Source: Camelus ferus
Taxonomy: Eukaryota
Length of the DNA: 64,000 nt
Assembly (NCBI RefSeq): GCF_009834535.1
Contig: NC_045697.1
Span: forward strand, 2,730,001-2,794,000
Direction: 5' to 3'
Part shown: piece by piece, positions 10,121 through 24,400 of the stretch
Layout of the letters: every line of letters starts with the position of its first letter
Numbering within the stretch: the stretch's first letter is position 1
Program-made: the position numbers and the translations under genes
The notes under the pieces: model-generated
Seen by the model: only the letters and a program-made list of their open reading frames with translations
Told to the model about the DNA's origin: nothing
Database searches by the model: none

Positions 10121-13100
10121 AGGCTTTGCCCACACAGCATCTCCTACAAAATATTGTAAAGCCTTCCGACCAGACATGCTGAACAGGCTTTTCCAGTAGC
10201 TACTTCACATTCTTCCTGGAATCCCTAACGTTTCTCCTCCTCCGTCCCTCCTGCTTGTACCATCTGGTCCTGCGAGCTCCTAGGGTGGCCAAGCAAGGCA
10301 GGACAGGCGTAGCTGCATACAATGGAAGCAGAATGAAATGGCTTAAATGGATCAGCAGTTTACTTTCATGATATCGGGAGGTGAGACCACAGAGCTTTCT
10401 CTTTTTCTGCTTCAACATACTCAGTGTGTGAGGGCTATCTTCATGGTCAAAACCTGGCTGCTACAGCTCCAACCATCACATCTGCATCCCAGCCAAAAAA
10501 GAAGGGAAGAACAGGAATTAAAGAGGTTAAGCACTTGCCATCTGTCCCCCTTTAAGGAATGTTCCTAAAGTCCAACTTGGGTGCTTCCACCTTCACCTCA
10601 CTGGCCAAGCCTGCAGCTCCAACCTCACCTGCTCCTCCCTTCGGCCTGGGTCTTGGGGTCCCACCAAGCCCACTTCTTCCCCAGCATAACTCCACACCAG
10701 AATTCTGCACCCATCTCCTTCCCATCAGAGGCTCAGAGGATGGTCCTCATTCCTCATCACTCTACAGGTGGGAAGACTCAGGCCCCAAGGAAAGGGGCTC
10801 ATCAGAGTCTCTCAATGTTGGTGACCCTGCAAGGTGACCTCGCCCCCTCACTACTCCCACCCAGAGCTCCAGCTGGCATCCTCTGTCTGGTTCTCTGAGG
10901 ATGACATTCCAAGAGATTGATTAGAAGATCCAGGACCACCCAGTGAGTCATCTCGCAGCAAGGGTACCAAGCACCCCAGAGCCCTCCAGAATCGGGGCCA
11001 TGGTCCTCCTCATCCATGCTCCTTGTTCACTCTGCCCCCAGCACAGTCCAGACGTGGTGCCGAGCATGGGGCTCCGTCAAAGGGTCCCTTTGTCTTCGTA
11101 GAACAGTGCTTCGGGATGTGCTCACTCCCCTCCCATCTCCCAGAGGGAGGGCCCTGCTGACCCTGCCCGCCCCTCAACTAAGAGACCGTGGGGACAGAAA
11201 TGGGCAAATGACCCCAGGGCATGGGCACGATCCTACCCGACACTCAGATCGGATTGGAAAAGAACTGGAAAAAGAATTAGATAATCCTACAGCTGCCCCC
11301 AATCTCCTGCCCTGCCCCATTCACAGGTGGGCAGCCTGAGGGTCCCAGAAGCATGGGGTCTGGCCGATGAGGCCACCTGAGTCAGAGCCTGGCTCCGAGC
11401 CCACACCAAAGCTCTCCCAGCCACCCTGCACGGGGAAGGCCCTTTTCCATTGCGCAGAGGAGAGCCTAAGTTAGCTCCCCGGAGGCACTCGAGCCCCCAT
11501 GCTCCCTGTCCCTGCCCAGAGCACCCCCCACCCCCCACCATGCAGTGCCTTGCTGTCCCCTCCCAGGTCAGGAGGACCTCAATGGGCTTCCTACCCCCTT
11601 CTGTCTTAACACCCAACTGGAGCCTAGATGGGCAGAGACAGACCCGTGAGGACCCGTGCAAGGAAAGGGTACTTTCAAGGCAGAGATTCCTGAATGCAAC
11701 TCAGTTCTTGGAAGTCACTTTTTCCTTCTCTGCTCCCCAGGCACCCGCCCTCTCACGTCCTGCCAGAAATTTGTGCCTCGTGAAAACCCTGAGAGGATGG
11801 GGTGGCCTCCCCGACATGGGCCTGCTGCTGACGTGGCCTTGCGCCTGGCCACCACCAGGAGAACCAAGGAGCCCATGGGGGAGGGAGGCAGCCAAACTGC
11901 CTTCTAGCAGGGGTGCCTATGGCGGGCTTTCTGGGCAAAGGGGCTGAAGACAGATGGAGTGGACAGGACCCCCTCTGCTATTCGGCCCCAGGGGTGCACG
12001 GAGCCTGCAGGGCCTCCATCCCAGCCCCAGCCCCCAGAAACCCCTATGGTACCCTCCCTCCTTCTGTGCAAAGCCCTGGCCACCCATCCTCTGCAGGTAA
12101 GGGCAGGAGAGTCTGACCCAAGCTACTCAAAATGCTTGGCAAGCCCAGGTATGTCTGACCCAGAGCCTGTGCCCTCTGGGCCATGGCCTCCTGGGGCTGA
12201 AAACAGACTCCATGAGGGAGCATGAACCCAGGACAAATGTCAGGGACACCTGAGCTGCAAAGACCCGAAAGCCACCCAGCCTGTGTGACATTCTGATGGG
12301 GACTCGGAGGCCCAGAGAGGGTGGGAGTTCCCAGGCAGGCTGGAGACTGGGTTGGGACCCCGCACCTTCCTTCTGAGTGGCCAGCCCTTTCCTCAGCCCC
12401 CTCCCTCCCCTCCCTCTCCTCCTTCCCCGGCACTGGGGGAGGGGACAGAACTTCTCCAGGCCCGTGAGCACCACCGGATAGAAATGAATTTCAAAATAAA
12501 TCTCTGGATGAATCACTGTGCCAGGAAACCTCGAAAACTGCCTGTGCCTGTCTCACCCGTCAGACGGCTTCCTGCAGTCTCCGGAAATCACTCACTGGTT
12601 AATTCGGAACAAACGCTGTCCCTGCTACAACTCTGGGCCACCCAGCCAGTTGGAGCCGCCCCGAAGGCTGCCTGGTAATGACAGTCCTGGGCCACTGCTG
12701 TTCCTTTCATGCTTGTTCCCGTCCCCGGCAGTAATGAATGGTGACAGGGCAACCAAGAGGAGGCTCCATCCGCACACCAGTCCTTTGCTCAGTGTTTAAA
12801 ATGAGCTAGGAGAGGCTCAGGCTGCCTCAGCAAACTGGTACTCAGCACTGCTGAGCCACCAAGAGGTGGGCTGGGAGGGCAGCCGGCTCTGGGTCCACAC
12901 AGCGGGGACACCTCCCGGGGGGCTGTCACCTGACTGCCACAGTCAGTGAAGCTGCAACACAGACCATCACCCAGGAGGAAGTAATCGGCCCCCCGGGGAC
13001 TAACTGCTCTTGATGTTTTCCCGGCTCCCTCGCGGGCTTTCTCTGAGTGTGTGGTTTCCAAGGACAGACGCACCTCTCTGTAACTCGCTATGGCCAAAGC

Positions 13101-16100
13101 ACAGTGCATTCGGGGTGCTTTCCTCTTCACTGTGTTTTAACGCCACCTGCAAGCCCCGAGTCAAACACCAGGGGGAAGCTGCCCAGGGTGGCCTTTGATG
13201 TAGGGGGAATGTCTCAAACCCCGAGGCTCTGGTTCACTGGTTAGACCCTCATGGGGCCCAGCAGCCCTGGCTGCAGGTTCCACACTGTCACGTGGCCTCA
13301 GGGACCACAGCCTCCTGCTTATGAGAGCAGTGGTGTGGGCAGAGCAGGCCCGGGCTCTGCCTCTATCCCGTGTGGTGTCTTCATCTGTGAAATGGGAACA
13401 GATGTGCCATCGCCGCAGAGCCAATGGTGTCCTGACCAGAGCTCCGTCACTGGCCGCTGCACCCTCCCCAGCAGAGGGTGACTCACAGGTCAGGGCCTCC
13501 GCTGGGGATGGCTCCCCTGCCCAGCCTAGAGCCCATGGAGGTAGGAAAGGGCCCTGGCTGGGTCTGCCCCAGCGTCCCGAGGGGGACTTCAGCCAAGACC
13601 ACTTTCTGGCATAATTCCTTCCCCTGCCCGGTCCTGAACAACCAGAAGCCCTATCTCAGACTCTGCTTCCACAGGCTGGCCCCCTGCTTCGCACAGGCTG
13701 GGTACGATGTCCCAGATAACCAAAGCCCGTCCGGTGTTTCCCACGTGTCACTTGTCCAGGGTGGTCCAGCGCTTAGCAGCTGTGGCCCTCAGCCCTCAGC
13801 CCTCTTGCCCGTCGGGAAATGCCTGGGGGCATCTGTGGAGGTGCACAGGCTCAGACTGCAGGTGCCCACCTCTCTCCCTGCCACCCTGGGCTCCCCTTCC
13901 ATGAGAGGTATGGGCCCTCAGGACCGTGGAGAAATCCCAACTCCTAAGGGCTGGAGTGAAATTTGACTTCATTGTGCTGCTTTGGTTACTCTAGACTTGT
14001 GATTACAAAATCTCAGACTTACCTGTACTCAGCTTTCTAGTTTCCATGGAAACCCCAAATGTTATCTGCCATCTTCTCAGGAGGGGAGTGACTGGCCAGC
14101 TGCCGGCCGTTCAGGGATGGGGTGTGAGGCTGGGCAGGCCTCGGCCGGGAAGGGAAGGGTCCCCAAAGGTGCCAGTCAGCCCCAGGACTCAAATGAAGTT
14201 ACTGGCTTGGAGCGGGGCAGCTATCTGCTCACCTTACAGGTGGGCAAACTGAGGCTTGGGAAGGGGACGGGACTTACCCCAACCTTGAAAACCCAGCCTC
14301 AGGACCCGTTGGCACACGTGGGTATGTCGTCCAAAGAACACAGCCAGCATTTCACGGTACAGCCACTGTTTACGTGGTCGAAACTGCATGACCATGGTTG
14401 GGGCAGATGGACCCCACAGCCATGATGGGACGCGGGACAGGCTTCCCTTCCATCCAGTCCCACTGGGGCCTCCGAGCGCCTGCCTGCACACGGGTGACTC
14501 GGAGTGGCCTTCGGGTGAGTCAGAGGCCTCATCTCTGGCTGGGGAGGGGGCGCCAGGGCTCCTGATGGGCAGTATACGGCCACAGGGGCGCCAGCACCAC
14601 CCGCCCTCACAGCCCCTGGCAGCAGGCTAGCATCTGGGGTGACTGCCTGGAATGTCACCGCCCTGCGTCTCACAGCCCAAAATGCTCGCCCTTGCAGCTG
14701 TGGGGGATGGGAGGGAGGGTTCAGTGCTGGGAGTGGGGAGGGTGTCGTGAGGGGTTCGGTGGCCCAGGCCAGGCTGGGGAAATTGGAGAGGTCACAGGCT
14801 CTCCAGTCCTACCAGGCCACATGCTGACCCCATGACTGGTGCCAGGTGGGCTCCAATGGGGCAGTGCCTTCGGTCGGCCCAATGAGAAGCCAGCAGGCGG
14901 TCTTGGGGGCTCTGCTGCTGAGGCCCCCAGCTCCCCGGCTGCAGCCAGGCCCTCCGTGAGCCGACAGAGGGCGGGCTGCCTGGCTAACCAAGCAGTTTTC
15001 ATTTGGAGCAGGAGGGGGAGCTTGAGTTGTGGTTTTCACTTGTGCCAAGGAATGGCTCCCAACACCGCTGGGCCTCTGCTGGAGCCTCTGGGCAGGCGGG
15101 TGCCTCCGCGGGGGAGGAGTACACGCAGCCCTTGGCCTGCATCCCCAGGGCAGAGGGACCCCCGGCCGAGGGAGGGGCCAGGAGGGAGGGACCCGTCCGG
15201 GTCGCGCAGAGCGTGTAGACCTGAGGTTAAGTCAGGCGAAGTCGGCACTGAGCATCGTGGGTGGAGCTGGGCCGGGCTCAGCTGGCTCTGAAGGATGGTC
15301 GTGACTCCCACGTGGCCCGGGCGGTCGGGTGAGGGCTCCACTTTGTTTTCAGTAGTCAGGTCCCCAGGATTAAACGGACTGTGTAAGAAATAGGGAATTC
15401 CAACCAAGTTCTGTTCTGTGGCACCAAGGGTTTAAGATAAATTCTTTCTGCTTCACCCCTTGCTGTGGAAAGTACTTCTGCACAGAGTCCTCTCAGCAGT
15501 GCCGTCAGGGCACGGCCCATCCGGAGCTGCGACATCCCCCTCCCCCGGGGCTCCGAGTCACGAGAAGCCCCTGGCTGTCCCTCAGGGCATGTGTCTTCTT
15601 GTGAAGCACCCACAGGGGCAGGGAGAGCCCCTTCTCCTCCCGCATCCCAGGCCCACTAGAGCCAGGCAGCCCTGGGTTCCAGCTCTGGTGCTGCCACTTT
15701 CCGTGTGGCCTTAGGCAACAGTCTCAACCTCTCTGTCTGATTTCACATTGGGATAGAGAGTGTGGACGGGAACCAGCTTCTCTGGGTTGAGGATGAGCAG
15801 CCAGGGCAGGCGCGCTCCCTGCTGGTCTCCCGAGCCAGCTCCATCTCAGCCCTCGGCCTCGGCCAGCGCGCCCTGCCGCCTCCAGGGCCGCAGAGGCGGC
15901 CACGGGGGCCTCCATCCCCTTAAGTCTTACAGGTGGAGAAGCCGAGGCTGCAGGAGCCGCCAACCAATTTCCCAGGATGTCTGCCAGGATCTACAAGCTA
16001 CAGGGAAGGAGACAGTTCCCGGACCCTGCCTATGGGGACATGGCGCTGCCATCCTTCCTGCTCAGGACCCTCCACCTAACCACACGCTCAGCACCTCTTG

Positions 16101-16379
16101 GGTCAGATTCCCACCTGAGTGAGTCTGGCTTTGGGCTGGTTCCCTAGGGTCAGATCCTCAGGCCTCATCCCATCAGTGGTGGCCAGGGCTAGGTGCTGGT
16201 GGCCACCCTTCCAGGGGTTCTGGGTGGGTAGGTGTGATATTGTGATTTATGACAGGAAATACATCAAATACATCTCCACCACGGAGAACACAGACCCAGG
16301 TGGACGGAGGCGGGGCCTGCCCACCTACGTGCGCTGGAATGACCATGTGCGTCTCTCTGCTTCACGCGGGAGGTGTGGG

Positions 16380-16475
16380 AATTCCCACTTTACAGATGGG
16401 GAAACTGAGGCTCCCTAACCTGCCCAAGGTCACACAGCCAAGAGGCTGAGGCCACATTCAAAGCCAGTCTGTTTG
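16380..16475. mobile_element. MIR fragment
   Basis: cccactttacagatggggaaactgaggctc...cctgcccaaggtcacacagc. Confidence 0.7.
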
Positions 16476-18283
16476 GGCCGGTTTTGTTTTTTCTCAATAC
16501 CTGCTGGCTGTCTCCTCGTGCCCTGCCCCCAGTGTCCCTCTGCCTGGATGGTGCATCGGCTGTGGCTGTCCAGTGTGGCCCGGGGATTGAGCGCACTGGG
16601 CTTGAGTTCCAGGAATGAGGGTGGGGCCTTGCAATGGGCCCTGAACCCTGAGTAAGAGGGCCAAAGGCCCATGGGACTCATGAAAGCCTGGGGCTGGGGG
16701 CAGCACGTGGGCTGGAGCACCTGTGAGGCTGTGATCTGAAGCGGCCACATTCCAAGCCCTGACCCCTGACCCCTGACCTGGGCTCAGGCCTAGCAGCTCT
16801 CAGGAAGGGCATCTGCAAGGCAGGAAGAAGGCACATCTGAGTCTGGGCGTCAGGGCCTACGGGGACCGCCCAGGCCCTGCCCGCCCGCCTGGGTCCTGCC
16901 TGAGCCCCACTTTTAAGAGGAATTCAACAGGCTTGTGCCTTAGGTATTCTTGAATCATTCACAGGAAGTTTTGCATTTCTTGACTTTTTCTGTTAAAAAA
17001 AAAATCTACACTTGTGAGAAAATACATAGCTCTTGAAATTCATTCAAGAATTAAACTCTACTGACTGCCATGTGGATTTCCAAAGACTAAAACACTCACT
17101 ACAGAGCACAGTACTCGGGTGTCGGCAGAAAGCGATCCGAAGGCAGCAAACGGCTGACACGCTGGCAGACACCTGAGCTTCGCTCAACAGACAGTTCTGA
17201 GCACCTGAAACGGACCTGACTCCAGCCAGGACCTGGAGTCAAGGAGAGGACCCAGGGGCACCCCACACCCCCAAGAATCTCCTGGGGTCGGACCCCCAAA
17301 AGAAGGATGGTGACCGTGTGATGGGGACTGGCCCATCCTAAGGCTCAGTAACGGAGCCGGGGGAGAGAGGCTTCCCAGAGGGCTGGGTTTGTCTGGGTTT
17401 TGAAGGACGGGCACTTGCCAAGCAGGAAAGATGGGGAAGTGTTTTCCACCCAGAGGGAGCAGCGCATGAAAGGCTCCCAGGTGCCAAGTGCACTGCAGCA
17501 GCCCCTCTGCGGTTCTGAGAGCCACAGCCGCCAGCTGGGCCCACCTCAGGGGTCCTGACCAGCAGTTGGGGTGGGCCCCAGGACAGACCCCCACACGGGG
17601 TGAACTGCTGTCCGTCAGGCCACACTCTGAGCAGCAAAGGCGGCGTCCTGAGGGAAGGGCCCGTGCCCTGCGGCAGCCACAGCCCTGCCTTGCTGCACCG
17701 GGCAGAGGCGCCTCTCAGAGTGGCCTCGTTCCCGCCACGAGAGCCCCGCACGGGGGAGAGCACACGAGGGCAAGGCCGGCGGGACACGCCCCACAGAAAA
17801 CGGGGCAGGACAGCATCACCGACACGACCTGTTGGGTAAAACTGCAAACAACTGTAAATGGAAGCACATGAGGATTTCTTTTTCTGGAATCAAAAGAAGG
17901 ACCAGTTCCCGTGGGGGGAAGAGGCAGGGCAGAAGGGCAGCAGAGGGGAACGGCCGCGGAGCGGCGAGTGGCTGGCGGGGACGGCCGCCCCATGTTCTCA
18001 CACTGAACCCGCGCCCCTAGAAGGGACGGTTCAAGCACCCCCTGCGTCTTCTGAGCCACAAGAACAGTCACACTCCCTTTCTGACATAAAGATGCCGAAC
18101 ACGTTTAAGAGTAACCGTGTCGAAAACCAACCCCGCGCTCTGGGGGTGTCTGCGGGGCGGGCGGGGTTACGCTCTGCGAGAACCCTGAGGAACCCAACCT
18201 GGAACAGCACGGGGGACAGCTGCGGCCCGGGGAGCCCGGCGGGTTTCTCGGGGCTTGGCTTCTGCACGCGGGGGAAAAGGAGC

Positions 18284-18492
18284 TCACAGAAGCTGCCTTT
18301 TCTTCCTGGTGGCTGGGGCCGGCCGCAGCTCCCTGGGCCCGTGGGCGAATGGGCAGCAGTCCGAGGGTAGAACACAGCCGTCAGGGTGATGAGTGAAGAA
18401 CCAACAGATGCGGGTTTTGCGGGCTTCCAGTTCCTTCTCCTCCCATAGCTTCTCTTCTCTCCAGTCGCGGATGCGAACTTGCCCGTTCACGA
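18284..18492 (-). CDS. TRMT44: TRMT44 last coding exon (VVNGQVRIRDWREE...CWFFTHHPDGCVLPSDCCPFAHG...RQLL*)
   Basis: ccccag| acceptor after a pyrimidine tract; CCCH zinc finger; TGA at 18286-18284. Confidence 0.94.
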
Positions 18493-21400
18493 CTGGGGTT
18501 GGGAAGAGAAAAGACACAGCCAAGGAGTTAACTGTCAATTCAATTCCCCAGGGTCTGTGATGGCAGCTGCCAGGGCCGGGGACACAGACATGAGACAGAG
18601 TCCCCAGTGGCCCTTGGTAGTGGGAGAGAAACAACGCAATGGGGTCCCGACCAGAGACCCCAGCCCCCTACCCACCCCTGAGGCTCCTGGTCCCCACCTA
18701 AAGCGGAGCATGAGGGAGGGGATGAGGGAGCGAGGACAGGATGGAGGTGTCGGGAGGAGCTACTGGACACCAGGTGAAGGGAGAGGAGCCCTGCGTCTGA
18801 AGTTCTGGTGGTGATGAGATCTAGGTGGGGCCCAGCGGGTGGCTGGGACAGCACGGGGGACTGGCTTGTAGAACAAGACTAAGGACCTGGGAGACCACAT
18901 GCATGGCCTCCCCCCAATCAGGAAAAATGTCGGGACGTCTGCACAGTGGCATTGGTCCTCGAGAACACATCTCCGCAACACAGAGAGAAAACGGAGTGAG
19001 ACGGGAGAGGTTCAGGCTGGTGAAGACGAGGGGCAGGCTGTGGGAGCCCCCTAAGAGTAAACAGCAAGCAGGGGTAGGGGGCACGTGGCCCTGTTAGCAG
19101 GGTGGGGCAGCAGGCCTCCACGTGCAGGGATTCAGACGCCTGCCCTGAGCAGACGCCCTGAGAGACGTGGCGGGAGAGACCCGTGTGGGCAGGGTGACCA
19201 TGAAGCTGAGCAGGGGAAGGTCAGGGCAGGGGCAGTGGCCCATCAGCTGACCCCCTGCAGAACTGCCTCCTGAGCTGGTCACCCCCACTTGGCTGACAGC
19301 CCCCCAGGAGTTTCCACTTGGCCGTTTCATCTTGAGAAGTCCAACATCTCCTCGTGAAATGTGGCCAAAGCAACCAAACCCAAGCTGGTTTTCCCTGGAA
19401 GCTGCAAACCACCTGGAGACGCCAAGACTTGGGAGAAATAAAGGAGGCTTATTGAACACGCCTGGCTCTCCAGCTTCTAAGGAGACCTTGGACCTGTGGA
19501 TTAAGGCTTGAATTTCGCTTTCAAATGGCCTCGTGCCACGCAGTAATGAGCCTGTCCATCTTTGCAGACTGGTATTTACTAAATACTTTCCCCTGAAACC
19601 AGAAAAGGAGCCGCAGAGGCGCCGCTCAGCGTGGAGGGACACAATGCAGGGATTCATCCCCCGGGGCAGCCAAGGAGCGCCTGCTGAGGGCCAGGAGGGG
19701 TCCTGCCTCCCTCCCTCCACAGGCCTGCTCCAGGGCTTCTCTCCCTACACGGCAGACGCTGAGTGCCAGCCTGAAAGCAGGGGGTCGGGAGACGCCACCA
19801 CCTGCAGCTGGATGTTCCCACAGCAGCACCTCCTGGCACAGCTGGGAATGACACGTCCCAGCCAGGGGCAGGGAGCCGGACTCCTCAAGTGTGCTCCCCA
19901 GAAAGACAAGGCACCCCTGATGGCCTGAACGGGGTCAGGAGAAATCTGGGGGAGAGCGGTTTGCTGGGGCTGAAGCTGGGTACAATCCCCACCCTCCAGA
20001 CGCCGGGCCCGGTCCCCTCCCGTCAGGACAGGCTGGCTCGCAGCAGGCCCTGCTCTGGAGGTTTAAGACGAAACCTAGCCGTGTTTTTGGAGCAGTACCT
20101 GCAGGGTTGAGGAGAAGGGGCCCAGGCAGTATTTGTAGGGCCTGGGGAGTGGGCACTAGTGCCAAGAGGTGGCCCTGCCGATGGCAGAGGCCAGGGAGTC
20201 CTGAGGTGGCCAGGCCGGCTGACGCACACACTCCCCACACCCCCCACACCCCCAGCCTCCAGCCCGGCAGGCCTGTGCCTCCGCGGGCGCGCTCCAGCCA
20301 GCTCACAGGCCGGACAGCGGACTCTCCCTGTGTAGAAATGTGCTCCTGATTTTAAATGAACTACAGGCACAAAATATGCTCTACAAAGTTCACGTCTCAC
20401 CCGACGGTTCTGAACCCACTTCCTCCCTTAAGTGCGAATTCCCTTGGACTTGCTGAACCTCCTGTTCCGGATTCTCCGCCATTTCTGACAACAGACGTGA
20501 CCTTACCCAAAGTGTCCCGAGGAACCAGCTGAAGATTCTTCCAGAATGTCACTACAATTTACCAGGACAGTGCAGTGTGCTCAGCAGCACGGGTTCTGGA
20601 GTCCATCTGGACCTGGGTCACCAGCCCAGGCCCTCCGATCACAGGAGACCCTGGGCAAGTCACCGACCTAGCCGACCTGCGTCCACATCCTAAGGCCGTG
20701 AGCACGGTGACCATCTGTGCTGGGTGGCCCTGGGGCGCCCGGCCCACCAGGTGCTCAGTGCAGGCTGAACTGAAGGCATCTGAAATGGTTTTACCCCCTC
20801 ATTCGTGTAAACATTACTAGAAACCAACCATGTTGGTTTAAAAAAAACCTGACACAGAGATAAGGCGCAGCTCCAGTGCATAGGTTTTGCATGACTGGGA
20901 GCCGAATGTTTACTGGAGCTCAGTCCCCAAGCCTCCTACTCAGAAGTGTTTCCAAAAATAAATGTGCCCTCCATGTGAACTGCAGAGAAAAGCATTCCCA
21001 ACACGCATATTTATGATGGAAAAACACACTATTTTACGAAATCAAACCAAACCTGTGCTGGGGACAGCAGAAGGAGCAGCCGCTCCGGGCTGTGATGAGC
21101 GCTGAGCTGAATACAGCTCTGCGCAGCAGGGCTCGGCCCTGCCCCTGCCCCTCCGCTCCCCGAGGGGCCTGCCCCCTGCAACCTCCAGCCCGGAGACGCC
21201 CGTTGCATTTGTGGGGCTCCCTGCCCCGTAGCAGGAGACTTTACCCAAGTGAAGCTGAGCTGAGGTGAGAGCAGCGCGGCTCTGAAAGGACAACCAGCCG
21301 ACCGACCAGCCGACCGAAGGCGCCGCCGGGAAGGGAAGGCGGCACTCAGCCCCCCAGGAGGTCTCCGGGCCGCGGGAGTGGACAGGTGTGCTCCCCCAAG

Positions 21401-24400
21401 TCACTGTCCAACCACCCAGCCTGGAAGGAGCACAGAGCTCAGGGTGGGGGATCAGCCCACACCCTGGGGCTCAGACAAGGCCTCTGGGCCCAGCACGTGC
21501 CCACGGCCCTCGGGTCGGCCCCAGTGCGCCAGGTCAGACTTCAATTCTGCTGTTGCCACGATGGCTCCCCTCACCTCTGCAAGAGCCTGGGCACAGCTGG
21601 CCAGCAGCCTCCTCCCCACGCAGACCCAACTAGGCCACTTGTCCCAAGGCTCTGGGCCTCCGCTTGGTGTGCCTTCCTCCCCACCAGGTCCTGGGGACAG
21701 GGAGGTGTCATCTCAGGGAGCAACTGCCGGCACACAGCTGCACATGGAGGCCCTGCCCACAGAGGTCGGCCCCTCCGTGAAGAGGGGTCGGGCGGATGTA
21801 CCCTCCTCACAGGGACCCTCACTCCTCCAGCCTTGGGCAAACGGTGAGTGCCCATGCAAGGGGCTCTGGGCTGCCTCTCAGGCTGCAGAGCTAGACCTGG
21901 CCCCGCCTGCAGGGAGCTCACAGCCGAGCTGGGGCAGTGATGTGACCTCTGCAGAAGGATGTGTGACAGAAGCATGTGTGGAACAGGGTCCCAGAGGAGG
22001 CAGGACTGGGTGGGGGCAGAGGGAAGCTGCCTGGAAGAAGGCTTCGTGGAGGAGACGGCACTCCGGCCCTACTATCAGAGAAAGCCAGGCACCAGGCGGG
22101 GCAGGGAGCAAGCAGGGAGCCTCGGGGACAGAACAGCAGCACGTCAGGAGTCAAGGGCCCACAGACACACCAGCCCACAGGCCACTGGCAAAGCAGGTGG
22201 GGGCGGGCCGAGCTGGGGAAAGGAAGGCAGCGGGCAGCGTGCGTCCTCACGGGAGCCCAGAGGTCAAGGGGGGCCAGGTCGAGAGGACAGCCCTGGGCCG
22301 GCCTGGTCGGCTACGAGCCCATGTTCTCAGCACACTGTCACACCCCACCGTCCCAGACCCACCATTCTGCGCGTCTTCCATGTGCCTGCCCCCACTTGCC
22401 TCCTGGAAAGAAGAGCGAGCTCGAGGTAACGGCACCAGCCCCCACCCAGCCTCCATGTGCTGTTTCCTGACAGAAACAGCATCAAAGCTGCTTCCACCTC
22501 TGATGCAGCACAGGGCCAGACGCTGGGCATGGGGGCTGCACCTGGCCCTTGCGGTGCCCAGCAAGGCAGAGAGCAGGTGGCCCGGTGACTGCCGGGCTCA
22601 GGGCCCTTTGTGGGGGCACAGGCAGTGACGCTGCAGCCAGACCCACAGTCCCACGGAGTCATCATGCCCCACTAGCCACAGGGGCCCAACCCTCCTCGCG
22701 GCCTCGGGGCCTGCAGCCTGCCTGCCCTACCTACCCGGTCCCTCTCCAACTCAGACCCTTCACACATGCTGTTCCCTCTGCCAGACACGCTCTTCCCATC
22801 CCCTTTACCCAGTCCCAGCTCAGCTGTCACTTCCTAAGTGAAGCCTTCCTGACGTCTCCCCGGGACTAGGCCAGGCCTCCCTGGGTGGGAACGTCACCCA
22901 CGACATTCAGGTGACACAAGAAGATGCCCACTACTTTTCAAGCCACACGCTGCAGTGCTCAGGGGTGACCAGCAAGCTAGCTGGGATGTGCTTTCACAGA
23001 CTTCCATGAAGGAAAGTGGGGGAAAAACTTTAAGAAGCCAAACACAAGTTACGGACCGTCTGGCTGACGTGTACACGGCCTGCTGTGTGTACGCTGGTAA
23101 CTTTAACAGAACTTCTTTTGAACCCCAGGTGCCCATGTAAACATGTGTGACACCCCCTCCCCGTCAGACCACACACTCTGGGAGGGCAGGGGCGGTGGTG
23201 AAAAAACACACAGGCGCCTGGGCCCTTCTCCCTCCCGTGGCCCTGGGGGACTGGGGTGCAGGAGGAAGGGAGAGCAGGTGCGCAGCGGGGGGCCGGCAGG
23301 AACTGGGGCCTCCCTCCTCTAAGGGCCCAGGGCCTCGCTGGGAGCTCAGTGTGCTCCCAATTTGCAGCCAGAGGCCAAAGGAAGGCAAGAAGCGAAGCTC
23401 CACCCTGAAAAGCTCCCTGGGAGACAGGAGGCCCCCAGCAAGCAGGCTCCTCCTCCTGCGTGAGGAAGCAGCACACCCTGGGGGGGGCCAGCCCGGGGGA
23501 GAGGCTGGGAGAATCAAAGCCGCAGGGGCGTGAGCCACATTCTGCCCCCACGTGAGGTGCACGCAGGGGGTGCTATATTCCAGCTCTAAAACTCCATGAA
23601 AATAAAGTTCATTTCATAAGAAAGGGGGAGAGGGAAGGAGGTCTGCAGGGGGTACTCCTCACGGCCTTAGGGAAGGCGAGCGACCTCCCGCAGTGAGACA
23701 TGAGCGTGGGACAGGCCGGCCCCTACCTTGGAACACCTGGTGGCTGTTCCGCAGCAGCGTCTGCAGGCCCCCACACTCGCGCTTCAGTCTCTGCAGAGTC
23801 TCCCTGTCCAGCTCGCTGGCCACTTCTGCCAAGGAAAGGCTCCCTGTTGAAAACGGGGATCCCCCAACGACAAAAAGTCTATTACAAACCTGTTACATAG
23901 GCAGAAACAATGGGGCCCTGAATCCGAGTTCTATGAAGTTAAATCCTCATGCACAAGAAGGATCATGACGATCTTGTTAGACCCAGGTCACAGCTCACAA
24001 CAGGTGGAAGTGGGCACAGAGTCATCACACCTGAGGGCCAAGGGCCTCCCACCTGCCGGGCCGCGCAGGCCACACCCGCAGGGGAACCTCCCAGACACGG
24101 AGGGTCAGCACTGCATCGGGCCAGCCCTCAGACCCCAGCACAGGCTGCTGCTCTGGGGCAGGTGCTGTAACTCATCTACCGAGCCCACCTCTCAGCCGCC
24201 TTGAACCCCTTCTGAGAGGAGGCAGGCTGCCTAAGGGAAAACAAAAGATCGGCCCAGAAAGGCTTCCCCACCCTCCTGGGTCCTGCCCCTCATGAACTCC
24301 ATGGTGCGGACTCGAGCTGGCAGCCCTGCACTGCCCGCTGCTCCCTTTGACTCATGTGTATACTGACCCCAGCAAGAGGGCAGGGACCACCTCCTCCCAC

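Noticed and set aside
21378..22628. 416-aa plus-strand ORF
   Set aside because: Lies antisense in TRMT44 intron 10, starts at GTG, has Pro/Gly/Ala/Ser-rich composition typical of GC-rich non-coding DNA, and has no recognisable domain.
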